This document shows positions 10,694 to 22,506 of a stretch of 64,000 bases of DNA, piece after piece. A program made the position numbers and the translations under genes. The notes under the pieces were generated by a model. The model was not told the origin of the DNA. It ran no database searches and was given only the letters and a program-made list of their open reading frames with translations. How positions within the stretch are numbered: the stretch's first letter is position 1; each line of letters starts with the position of its first letter. Source of the DNA: Paragordius varius. Its lineage: Eukaryota > Animalia > Nematomorpha. The DNA lies in contig OZ176055.1 in assembly GCA_964247055.1 (NCBI GenBank), positions 6,448,001 to 6,512,000 of the forward strand, in the 5' to 3' direction.

Positions 10694-12406
10694 ATGATAA
10701 TGAGTGAAAAGGGGAGGAGACCTTTTCATGTCGATCCTACCACTTTAGTCACCGGGGATGCACAAATTAACCATGATATATATTTAAGATATCGATATTA
10801 TCAAAAGTTAGAACAAATGCATAAATATTTTGCGAAGAACAATGAAGCCAATGTCAATTTTACTATACCCGATCACATTTTACCATCAGAATTGTTTTTG
10901 ATTGCAAAACCAGATCCTAATAGATCATTTATTGCCACGAGATTTATTACCATATTTTCTGTATGGAACACTATGGTTGGCTCTGGCTTACTAGCTATGC
11001 CATGGGCATTTTCCCAGGCTGGCTATATAAGTATATTAAAAGTTTATGTAGCTTCTGTCTTTTTTACCCTATTTTTTAGCGTGTTGGGTTATATGACCTG
11101 CTTAATTATATTAAGAGCATCTTATCAACTGAAACAACAAACAAATTCGTCTAGTCTGCCAGACTTTCCTGAAGTGTGTGGTCATTATTTGGGCAAACGA
11201 TTTGGAAAAGATTTTGGCGCTCTGGTTTCAATATTTTTGCTAACGGCTGCAATGCTAGTATATTGGATTTTAATGAGTTCTTATTTATATGACAACATTT
11301 TGAATGTGATGAAAACAAATACTGTTCCTTTTTTGAAAGAAAACAATTATCGCAATGCGACCGAATGTCCAAAACTGCTTTCTTGCTCAAGGACAAATTC
11401 CGCCAATATTAAAACAAACTCTTCCGTTCCATATACATTTTGGATTCAATCCGGTCATATAATTTCACCTATAGCTCTTTTAATTATATTTTTACCCTTG
11501 ATATCAATTAAATCGCCTTCCTTTTTTGCCCGATTAAATTGTCTAGGAACGATCTCAATAATGATTTTATTTATATTTATATGCACTACTTGTATAAAAT
11601 GTTACCAAATTACCCGACACTTTCCCATCAACATATCTCCATCTACCTTTCAAAATTTTAATTGGTCGTTTCCAAAATTAACTGGGACTTTGGCTTTATC
11701 CTTTTTGATACACAATGCATTTATATCCATGTTAAATGTAGCTCCTGATCGAAGCTTACGTGCAATGTCCATAGATTTAGGTATGGGTTATGTTCTAGCC
11801 ACAATTTCATACCTTTTTGTCGGTTTATCCGTTTATGCTGGGTTCACGCTTATTGCTGGAGGTGGTGATCCTTCGTGCCCTTTGCGAGATAATTTTTTGC
11901 TTAATGTGCCGACAGATAATAAATTTGGTATAGCCCTAAAAGTTCTTCTTTTGTTTCAAATGGCCACCGTTTTTCCACTCATCACATACCTGGCAAGGGT
12001 ACAATGCTTTAATTTTCTTTTTCGGTTTATATCATCTGAGAGGGATTTGTCCGTAAGTAACTCTACTATCGTTTCTCCTGAAACTAAACCGCTAATTGAA
12101 TCTCAACCTAGTACTTCTAACCAAAGTTACCAATTAACTTCATCCAAATACATTTTTCTGTTACCATTTAATGTGGTTTGCGTTATTTTTTGCGTTGTTT
12201 TCGCTGAATTTTTTCCATCAATTGGATACATTTTAAGATACGCCGGTGGATTTTGTGGATTCATATACATTTTTATGTATCCCTTAAGTATATGGTATCT
12301 AAACAACAAAGCAAACAATAATTTGAACATTTGGATTGCATCAATTACCTTCCTATTATTGATATTTGGAGCCGCAAATTTTATAGCTCAATTTTTTATG
12401 CATTAA
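10694..12406 (+). CDS. SLC38A9: Lysosomal amino acid transporter / mTORC1 arginine sensor SLC38A9
   Basis: 570-aa multi-TM ORF. N-terminal RRPF...RYRYYQKL...IPDHILP, then TIFSVWNTMVGSGLLAMPW, FPKLTGTLALSFLIHNA and YAGGFCG, all characteristic of SLC38A9. It may contain one in-frame 21-nt intron (11031-11051). Confidence 0.9.
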   Translation: MIMSEKGRRPFHVDPTTLVTGDAQINHDIYLRYRYYQKLEQMHKYFAKNNEANVNFTIPDHILPSELFLIAKPDPNRSFIATRFITIFSVWNTMVGSGLLAMPWAFSQAGYISILKVYVASVFFTLFFSVLGYMTCLIILRASYQLKQQTNSSSLPDFPEVCGHYLGKRFGKDFGALVSIFLLTAAMLVYWILMSSYLYDNILNVMKTNTVPFLKENNYRNATECPKLLSCSRTNSANIKTNSSVPYTFWIQSGHIISPIALLIIFLPLISIKSPSFFARLNCLGTISIMILFIFICTTCIKCYQITRHFPINISPSTFQNFNWSFPKLTGTLALSFLIHNAFISMLNVAPDRSLRAMSIDLGMGYVLATISYLFVGLSVYAGFTLIAGGGDPSCPLRDNFLLNVPTDNKFGIALKVLLLFQMATVFPLITYLARVQCFNFLFRFISSERDLSVSNSTIVSPETKPLIESQPSTSNQSYQLTSSKYIFLLPFNVVCVIFCVVFAEFFPSIGYILRYAGGFCGFIYIFMYPLSIWYLNNKANNNLNIWIASITFLLLIFGAANFIAQFFMH

Positions 12407-14412
12407 ATTTTAATCACATCCTAAATTTTAATATATACTAATAAAAAAAATTATATAATATATTATTTTACCATATCAATAAATTTATGAGTTATTTATT
12501 TTTTCATTTGAACATATTTTTTATTTATTACTAGCTGTTACCTTGGCGCATTGTTGTAACTTATTCGACAATTTGAGTGATTTGATAATTTTTTTGCACT
12601 AAACAGAAAAAAATTATTAGTGCATAGACACCATTTTTTTGTTTAGAGTAAAGGTTATAGGTGAAGCACCAACTATGACCTAATTCAAAAAAGTGTAAAA
12701 TTTTGTATACAGGAAATATTCAAAACCATGATTGAATCCAGATGGTCTTACAGGTTTCTCGAAAAAATACTTCAAGGCCATGTTATTTTTATTTAGAGTG
12801 ACCCAGCTATTTATCTAAAAAAATGTGGTACCATAAACCATTATCGAATCCATCTAGTCTCAGATTTTCTAAAAATCAGCTCCTAAGCCACGTTATTTTT
12901 ACATGTTGGCAAGTTTTAACAGAAATCTACCAACGGATTGGGTTAGAATTCGTGTATTAATACAGGCAATACCTAATACTATAATTGCCATATTTTTATG
13001 ATGCTGAACTAAAATGTTTTTATGATATTTAGAACCCTTAGTTAATCCATATGGTCTCATGCGAAAATTAGTTTCAAGCCTGTTATTTTTATATGGTGGG
13101 GCATTTTACAGAGGGTGCCCTACCCAGCGGCTAATTGATGAAAATCGCTGAGTTCTATTGATAACTTAATACAAGGAATGCCTTAAACCACTATTAATGT
13201 TATAGTGAAATAACTTGGTCAAAAAATGGCTTAAAATCTGAGGAGTTATTTTTTTGCAAAAAATGAAAATAAAAAATTGGGCGGACTATTTTCGGCTCAT
13301 TCCTGAAGAATCGCGAAAATTTTGGAAAATTAGGTTATAAATACAAATTCGACATAAAATGCTTGCAAAATCTTAGTAAATAGATATTAACGGTTTTTAA
13401 TACGCCATTTGCAACCTATATTTGGTTTTTTAACTCTTCTGTTTAACATCTAAATTAAATTGTAATGATGACCCTATATTTCTCAAATGCGGTCCTCGAA
13501 GCCATCAGTTTGGAAACCTCTGTATTGCTAGACTAAAAAGCTGTATTTTTCTCTAAGAATTAAAGTGTAAAAGTTGGTTCCAAAAATTCGATCGAAACAA
13601 GCAGGTGGCTAATCAATAATTAATATGAAACGCAGTAATAAGAATATATAAAACTTAGATAAAATACGGCTCACTTGGTAACTCGATGCTGTACGATTCA
13701 AATACATTAAAAAAGGAATTTTTTGAATCGAGTTATGGAATTTTGCCGAATTGAATAAGATCATTAATAAATGCTTTATGGCACGAGCAGATTGTAATTA
13801 AATTAATAACAAATTATGTTGGTTTGGATATATCAAAGAAAGATGCCTAAGAACCGCACCACAATAACCAAAACTTATTACTAAATAAAACACCTGTGTA
13901 TACATTGAATAAGAATAAAATACAAATATGTAAATCACATGAATTTTTTTTATATATTTTCCTTATCACTACAGTATATTTGTTTACAGTTTAACAATAG
14001 TATAATAAAAAATAATTTACAATATCGTAGTATACATATTTATCTATTGTATGAACTTTATATTTGTAAAGGGGGAAATATTTACGATAAAATATATTGT
14101 TTACATTTTAATATATTCTATTTTTTTATATGTATATCATGTTTACATAAATATTTTATCCCTTTGAAGTATTGGCCGTTGTGTAGTTTATGAAAAAAAT
14201 TATGGTTTATGAATTTTATATTTTGTAACAATATAAACAGACACACCCTCATTCCTCATATCATAATCTATAATTCTTTTCTGTATCGTACTCTCGCTAA
14301 GTAAAATTTTTATCAATTCCAAAGAACTTAGTAACATCAATAATTATATATATGTTCCGCTTTTGAATCAATAGTACATCATATATACAACTAATGTTTT
14401 AAAATCAAAAAT

Positions 14413-16230
14413 ATGAAATCCTCAAATCTCCTAAGATACTTATATACCAGAAGATTCAAAGAAAAATTTTCCGATGCCATTGAAAGTATAATCGATTCAT
14501 TTGGATCAAGAGAACGATTAATCCCTCCACATATTTTGCAAAAGTATATTGTTTTGGCTTATGTTCTAAATTTACCCTTAACCTTGAACCACCCCTATAA
14601 AAATCATCACTATTTGTTTTGCGTTTAATCTTTTTTATTAACACGGTTATTAACTTTTATTATAAAAGTTATTTTTAGTATTCGTCCCCAAAAAACCGGG
14701 CGGTTTTATAATTCTTTTGTATTTGGTAATTATATATAATTTAGCTGACATTTTATACTTTTAAATGTAGGTTATATTAGCTTTATGAGTTGCCAAAACC
14801 CCTTTAACATTTTATTATTTAAATTTCTTTTCTCAAAATTATAAATCAATTATACTGACTAGAACAACGCCACAAAAAATCCCATACGAACATGACACAA
14901 CCCACAAGAGTTATTTTGTTAAAAGCCCCTGGCCGTCGGTTAAAATTCCTTCCTCAAATTTACTTATTTCTGATTTCATGTTTACAGCTTTTGAAAAGTA
15001 TAGAGACCGTGTCGCTCTGGTGAGCCTCTATAATTTTTTCCTATTTTTATAAAAGTTCATTTTATTTATAAAAATTTTCCCTAGTCAAAAACGAGATTAA
15101 ATTATAAATGAAATATGTCAACTTAATGTTTTACTTTTGTTTCATTCATATTTTTGGCAATCTATCATTTGTAACGAAACCATGTTAGCCTATATTTGCG
15201 TCATGCCTTTTTGCGATAAAGATGACGCAATCATAGCTCTTGAAATACATGAAAAATCGATAGATGTTTACACTAAAATACATATTGTTTTATACAATAA
15301 ATAGAATTGATTAAAGTATAAGCATTTATATGTAAAGTAAAAAAAACTTGAAAAAATGGTTGCAATATGTTTTTCTTTTTGTAGATTGATTCCCTTACGC
15401 ATGTATCTATGACGTTTGGTGATTTAATTGGGAAAAGTAAACGTATAGCTGGATCACTTTCATTGAGAGACATATCCCATGGGCACAGAGTTACAATAGT
15501 TACCCAAAATTTACCCGATTTCCTTCCAGTCTTTTTGGCCCTTAATGCTTTGGGGGCAGTTGTCTCCCTTATTAGTCCCTTGTCTACCGTCGGTAATAAA
15601 ATTTTTATTGTTTTATAAAACAGGGGTACCCACAAATGACTTCACGGGCCACAATAGAAAAATATGAACACAATTTAACCAATATTATTTAGATATTTAA
15701 ACAACGTATTTAAATTTGTTAAAAAATATTGCTAAGATTCTGTCGGCATTTTTTAATTATAAAATTTTGTTTTTTTTTTGAAGTTTTTGACGGGCAGAAG
15801 AAAAGTTTAGGGGTGCCATATGAGATCCGCAGGTCGTGTGTTGGACATACCTGTTTTAAATGCTCTTGTTCAAAATTATTTTTACCTGATTAATTTAACA
15901 ATTACGCACAGGTCAATGATTTTTTAAAAACGCTATAAAATTTAATTTAATATGATGTTTTAGAGGAACTCAAAGGCTACTTCAATGAAACGAAAGCACA
16001 AACCGTGTTTGCTCAATACAATTTGTTGCCGAATGTTCGCGCGGCTCTTTTGCACGTTCCCTCCTTCAAACAAGTAATTAAAATATATGTAGATTGCTAT
16101 TTTATAAATATTTTGTATTAATCTTACATCCCACATTTAATTTTTATTATGCGGTATATTTTTATTATTTTTACGCCGCATTAATTTTGTCAATTAAAAT
16201 GTTTTGTTGGATCTTTTATTCACTATCTCT

Positions 16231-16271
<41 letters not shown>

Positions 16272-19200
16272 GTAAATTTATGCTGGTTATTAACATTAAA
16301 GTTGGTCAAATGGCAACACAATAGTGTATGGAAAAAAACAACAAAATGTCTCAAATAAACAATTTTTTCTTGTCTTTCATTTAGGGACAAAATTTGTTTT
16401 CTAACATAAGCTACTGTACTAAAAAATCACCAACTATAATGTGAATAGCTAGTCTAAATTATAAAATATATTATATATATGCAAAATATGTTGTAGGATC
16501 ATTTATTTTGTATGGAGCCATTGCATGAACCATATCAATTTTATTTGTGTGAAACCCAAAAATCCACATATATGGCAAATGCCGCCTCAAAATATGCCAA
16601 TAAATATAGCGAGGAGTCAAACATTACCCATTTATGCCCTAAAATATTAACCGTATCAGATTTGTGTCATGAAAATGCCTTCTTCTACAAATCATCTAAT
16701 CGACTTAAGAAACCTAAAAAAATTTCACAATCCGCAAATAACGGTATTTTATTAAAAAAATATGGAAAATTGGTTTTTTAGTCCAGGGGTGTACAACAGG
16801 CCCTCCTAAATATTTATGCAGTCTGCGAGAAATTTAAAAAAGTACCAAATAACATATTTAATAATTAAAAATTGCTATTAACAGAAATCAAGAAAATTTT
16901 CCGATTATATCTTTCTACCGGCACTAAACTAGCCAAATTATAAAGATAAATAGTAATTTTTTCGCATAAAAATCTAAGAAAATCCAAAATTATATCCCTA
17001 TATTTTTACAGAGGCCCGCAACCCTGTTTTGACTGTAAACTAACTATTCTTTATTAAGAGAAAACCAAATGTGTCTATGTAGCCAATTTTTTTAAATATT
17101 TTTTTAGAAGAAGGAGTTTATGAGGATCATATCAGTACTGACACGTTAGCTGATGAAGTTGCAATCATTCCATTCAGTAGCGGAACAACGGGTAAACCCA
17201 AAGGTGTTCTCCTAACTAATCAAAATATCCTTGCCAATATCGTACAATGCGAGTAAATATTATACTTAATTTATTAAAGTGAAGTTTAATCATTGAATAC
17301 ACTAGACAACAAATTTTAACTTTTTTTAACTGCCATTCTTGTAAATTTAAAATTTATTTCATTAAAGTACATAATTAGTATATCTAAAAAGAAAATTGGT
17401 CTTACATGGAAGAATTTTTTTATATTAGAGTTTATCGATAATTTTTGGCCCCGATTTAACATTAAACTCGAAATTTCGAAAATTTAAAGTTTTAGATATG
17501 AAGCCATGTATTTTATATCATTCGAAAGAGCGCAAAAAACTGCATCTTTTAAATGGTAGTAAGTCATTTAAATCCATCGGATGTAAAAGTTATTTGGATT
17601 TAACTGGCAAAATTTTCAATCCTTAAATAAGTCAAGAATTTTCACAGACAAACTAATTTGAAAATCATATAAATTATTTTAATATAATTATTAGGGTTAT
17701 ATTAGTATTTAATTAAAAAAAATATTTGGACAAGCTTTTGGTTTGCTTTTTTAATAAAAAATTATTATCTATAATATTTTATCTAGTGGATACTAAAATG
17801 CATAGTTATAACTGTAAATTTATTACATAATGGCTATAAAAGATTAAAAATACATTAAACTTTGTTTTTATCTTTAAATTTTCGAAATTATCAGCCTTGT
17901 AGAGAAAATAAATTAATTTTGATGAGATGGTAATTTTTAAAAAACAAAAAACTTAAAAATGGCTGTTTTGAGTGACATAAAAGCAATAAAAAATATTTTT
18001 ATCAAAAAAAACTTTCCTGTGGTATCTTTTTTGGACATTCATCTCCATCTAAACAAAGTTTGAGCTATTTTCATCCATTAGTTTTAAAAATATAATAATT
18101 AAAAAAAATGTCTCGCTTCGCGCGTTTGTCGCTCTTTGTGTCCAATATTAACTGTCGATGTAATACATATTAGTATACATTTTATAGAATTTTTGATACT
18201 TTTTCGAATGATATATTACAAATGGGCATTACTTGTATATTTTCAAAGAAAAACATTTTTTAGTAAAATTTTGATAAAGAGGGCGCATAATCAAAAAAAT
18301 CAAATTATACAAAATTCTTCCAACGAGTTATAATTTTTATTTCAGATTTACTGTTAAAATGATATTTAATATCAAAAATGCAAAAAACTCGAATGGCAGA
18401 AAAATTTGTTGTCTAGTGATATGCACCAATCATTTTAAGGTCATGTTTACAGATGATATAATATATTTTTTGCACTGTATCGATTTTTGGCCTTTAGGAT
18501 TTACTGTAAGTATTTGATTTTTTGGCCTGCTGAAAATAGTAAAATTAAATGTTTGATATCACAAAAAGCTAAGCAGTTAAGTGTTAGTTTATGTTCATAG
18601 ACGGGTAAAAAATATCTTTTTTACCGCTTGAGTATTTTGATTGGCTAAAAGCGGATTTGATTTACATGTGTGTTGGTATGGATGATTTTTCATTTTATCA
18701 GTTACATATTTAATTGAAGTTGTTGTGAAACTCATACATACCACAACAGGCATCCAAATTAAATCCCCTTTTAGCCAATTAAAAACTGAAATGGTCAATA
18801 ATAGCACCCATTACTGATACAAATAATATTACATTTTTTTATCCTCCATTTTGATTAGAAAAGTCATGGATGATAAAACACCAAAAATTGTTAGCGGTCT
18901 TTTGCCATTTTATCACATTTACGGTTTCACCATCAATCTTTTAAATACTTTGGCTATGGGAAATACGGTGGTTACTTTTGCATCCCTAGAGCCCAATATA
19001 TATTTGCATGGAATCGAAAAATTTAAAGTAATTAAAAATATAACATATTTTTTTCCAATAGAAATCTTTTTTATTTAAAAACATCGATAAGCTTAATATT
19101 TTATGAATTATATTAATGTTTATTATTAGTAAATTTGAAGTCTCTTTTTTTGTTTTTAAACGAAATAACATTTGTGTTATTAAACTTAGATTATTTACAA

Positions 19201-21562
19201 ACATTTTTTAATTTCATGACTCAATGAAAACCCTCTTATAAATATTTTTTAAATCTTTAACTATAATATTTTTTCATCTTTGTCTCCTTTAGGTGTCATT
19301 TCTTTTCATTGTGCCAACAGTTGCTCAATTTTTGTTATCCTACAAACATTTACACAAATACGATTTATCGTCTGTTAAAACTATATTTAATGGGGCTTCC
19401 CGTCTCCCCCTTGCACAAGCCAAGAAAATTAGATTAAAATTTAAACAACCTTTGCAAATTGCTCAAGGTTTCAGTAGCGTTTATATTGTTTAAAATTTAC
19501 GAAAATATTGTAATTCTGCAATTCTTATAAATTATTATCTTTTGTTTTTTAGGGTACGGAATGACAGAAATGAGTCCGGTATCACATTGTATGCCGCTGC
19601 ATGAAGAATACACTGAGTCGATTGGATACGCTATACCCAACACACAATGCAAAGTTTTTACAATTTCAACAAAATATTTTCACTAAATTTATAAATTGAT
19701 AATATTTTTTGTAATTTCCGGTTGCTTTTAAAACAAATATAGGTTAATTTAATAGGTTATTTGTATAATTTTTTTTATATTTTAATTTGGGTGTAATCTA
19801 GACAATTGTTAAATTTCGTGATAGAATGTTATTTAAGAAAATAAACAAGACTAAAATGAGAGTCAATAATAATTTTCATGTTTTACTGATTTTTTATGCC
19901 AAATGATAGATTGTTGATATAAATACTCAAGAAACCTTACCGCCAAACACAAAGGGTGAATTATGCATAAAAGGTCCTCAAATTATGTTGGGTTACCTAA
20001 ATAACGCTCAAGCAACAACTGACATGATTAGAGATGGTTGGTTGCATACGGGTATTAATTTCAAATAACATTATATACGCTTTAAGATTCGATCATGATA
20101 TTTTTTATTCTTAAATAAATTATCTTAAAAGGGTGAATTAGCTTAAAATCAAAGGAGAACATTTCAAAATGGAATAAATTGAACAATCACATTTATATTT
20201 ATTTTTATTTTTGGTGCATTTATAAATAAGCTTCGTTAAAATCAGGAAATTCACATAAAATTTCTTTCATTTATTTTTGTTTGTTAGGTGATATTGGATA
20301 TTATAACACAAACGGTGCTTTCTATATAACGGACCGCTTGAAAGAACTTATAAAGTACAAAGGATTTCAGGTTTATACGATACCTTATTACAGTAAGATA
20401 AATAAATGATTATCACGAAAAAATCAATAAATACTGAAAAAAGGATTCGTACATGGTTAAAAAATGGCACAAATACACCATATACGACCCTTGATGAATC
20501 CTTTCCGTTGTCTCTACTTACACATCTAACATATTTTTTTAACCATGTGCTAATCATTTTTTTCATCTGGATATTCCTTTGTTTTTTCGACATAATCATT
20601 TATTAATCTAACTGTAAATTCAGTAACTATAAATACACGTGATAATAATAAACTCTTGTGAAATTTTTATGATTAAAAATTTTCTCTATATTTCAATGGA
20701 TTAAAGTTAATATGGAAAGTAATTGAAGAACTAAATTTTGGATACAATTTAGTATTAAAATAAATTTACAAGCCGTTTTATTATTACATAAAATCATTTT
20801 CGTGGAGAATTTTACAAATACATCACTTTGATTCTCCCATTCTTCCATATAAAAACAATTATTGGACATTATTCAATATTTATATAATTTCAAATGAATA
20901 TAGGTAGCACCCGCTGAAGTAGAAAGCTACTTACTTACAAATCGTGATATTTTGGACGTTGCTGTGATAGGGGTCCCTGATGATAAGGTTGGAGAATTGC
21001 CTACCGCCTTTATAGTTTCCAAACCTTCAGTCACAGCCAAACACATAAATGATATGATGGCCGCAAAAGTAAACTAATTTACCAAAAAGCTATATGAGAT
21101 TTTTTCGATTTTTCCATTAAAAATTGCAAACAAAACATTAAATTCAAATGTCAATTTTGTTTTTTATAGTAAAAATAAAATTATATAAACACGTGAAATT
21201 AAATGTCTTAAATTTAAAAATATTTTTGCCTTTGACAATTTCTATATAACCTAATTGCCAATTGCAAAGTAAGAAATTGGATTTACCAATCAGCTTTTCT
21301 GTTCTATTCAAAATTCAATAAGATAGGTATTTCTAAATTTATTTTCTTCCTATGAAAAAATTATTCGTTTTACATTTTTTCCTTATAATTTTAATATTTT
21401 ATATTTTAGTTAAGTAACCATAAATGGCTACGAGGAGGGATCCATTTTGTTGATAATATTCCACGGTCTGCCGCAGGCAAAATACTCAGGAATGATCTAA
21501 AACGAATAGCTTCAGATACATCTTTACACACAAAATATTTTAGATATAATGAGAATTGTTAA
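14413..21562 (+). CDS. 4-coumarate-CoA ligase-like / firefly-luciferase-like acyl-CoA synthetase (ANL superfamily), 13 exons
   Basis: Phase-consistent exons 14413-14543 (tentative), 14863-15019, 15385-15592, 15964-16073, 16497-16743, 17108-17252, 18859-19027, 19293-19467, 19553-19653, 19910-20051, 20288-20370, 20904-21068 and 21410-21562. Motifs: [59 protein letters not shown]. Confidence 0.88.
15621..15853. mobile_element. hAT-type MITE copy in an acyl-CoA synthetase intron
   Basis: caggggtacccacaaatgacttcacgggcc ... gtgttggacatacctg. Confidence 0.6.
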
Positions 21563-22506
21563 TTAATTCTCTCAGACTTATACGTATTAAATTATTATCA
21601 ATTACATATAGTATTATATATTTATATGATATCTAAGCTAACATATAATGCACCATTTATATAGCTATCAATTAAATTATATAAAAAATTACAAAGGTTA
21701 TTTTCAAAGATATCTGTAAGGTTTTAATTAGTATTTATTATGTGTTATAGCCAAATTCCAATATATATTTTCATTATTTAATAAATTATATTCTATGAGA
21801 ACTGATTAGGATTGGTTTATGCAATTTATTTCAAAATAGGGGCGTTTGCGCGTAACTGTGACGTATTTGAAATATATCGTAGCATTCCTAAAAGCCTTAT
21901 TGGTTTCAATTGTATTTAAAACGTTTTCCGGTATAGCTTGACTCACGAATTTTTGTGAACGCGCCTTTTACATAGCTGAGGATCTACCCAGTAGCTAATT
22001 TTATCAAAGGTAGTTGAGTAAAAACGACGGCTTCAAAAAATATTTAGAATCATTATTAAAGGCATATCGTCTCATACGTTTTCCAAACAGTTGCCTTGAA
22101 AAAAATTTTCCTTGTGTTTTTGCAAAACCCCCTAATTTTACAGGAGGTGATGCTGAACATATGGACTAATTTCAAAATGTTGGACCATAATGTGATAATA
22201 TTTATAAATTTAAATGGACATACCAGTTTCGAAAAAATGCATCAAAAACTCTTTGAGAACCTCGGATTTATTTGTATAACCCCCTATTATTACACGATGT
22301 CGGCACACAAGGGCATTAATGGCCCTATTATGTTCGCCGTTATCAATGAGTCAATATATAATTTTAAATTAGGGATGCTTTAAAGTTTTCCGATTGCTAT
22401 ATAAATAATATATAATATATGTATATAAAGTGATTCATTTTTTAAAATATTAGTTTTTAATCTTATTTATTGTGTAGTGGGTATTAATATTAATTGTAGA
22501 TTGAGG

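Noticed and set aside
18595-18807. 70-aa antisense ORF in the long synthetase intron as a nested gene
   Set aside because: It is hydrophobic but has no proper start, no identifiable family and no other exons.
14413-21562. Calling the synthetase a bioluminescence luciferase
   Set aside because: The motifs are shared by many non-luminescent 4CL-like acyl-CoA synthetases; the sequence alone cannot support light production.
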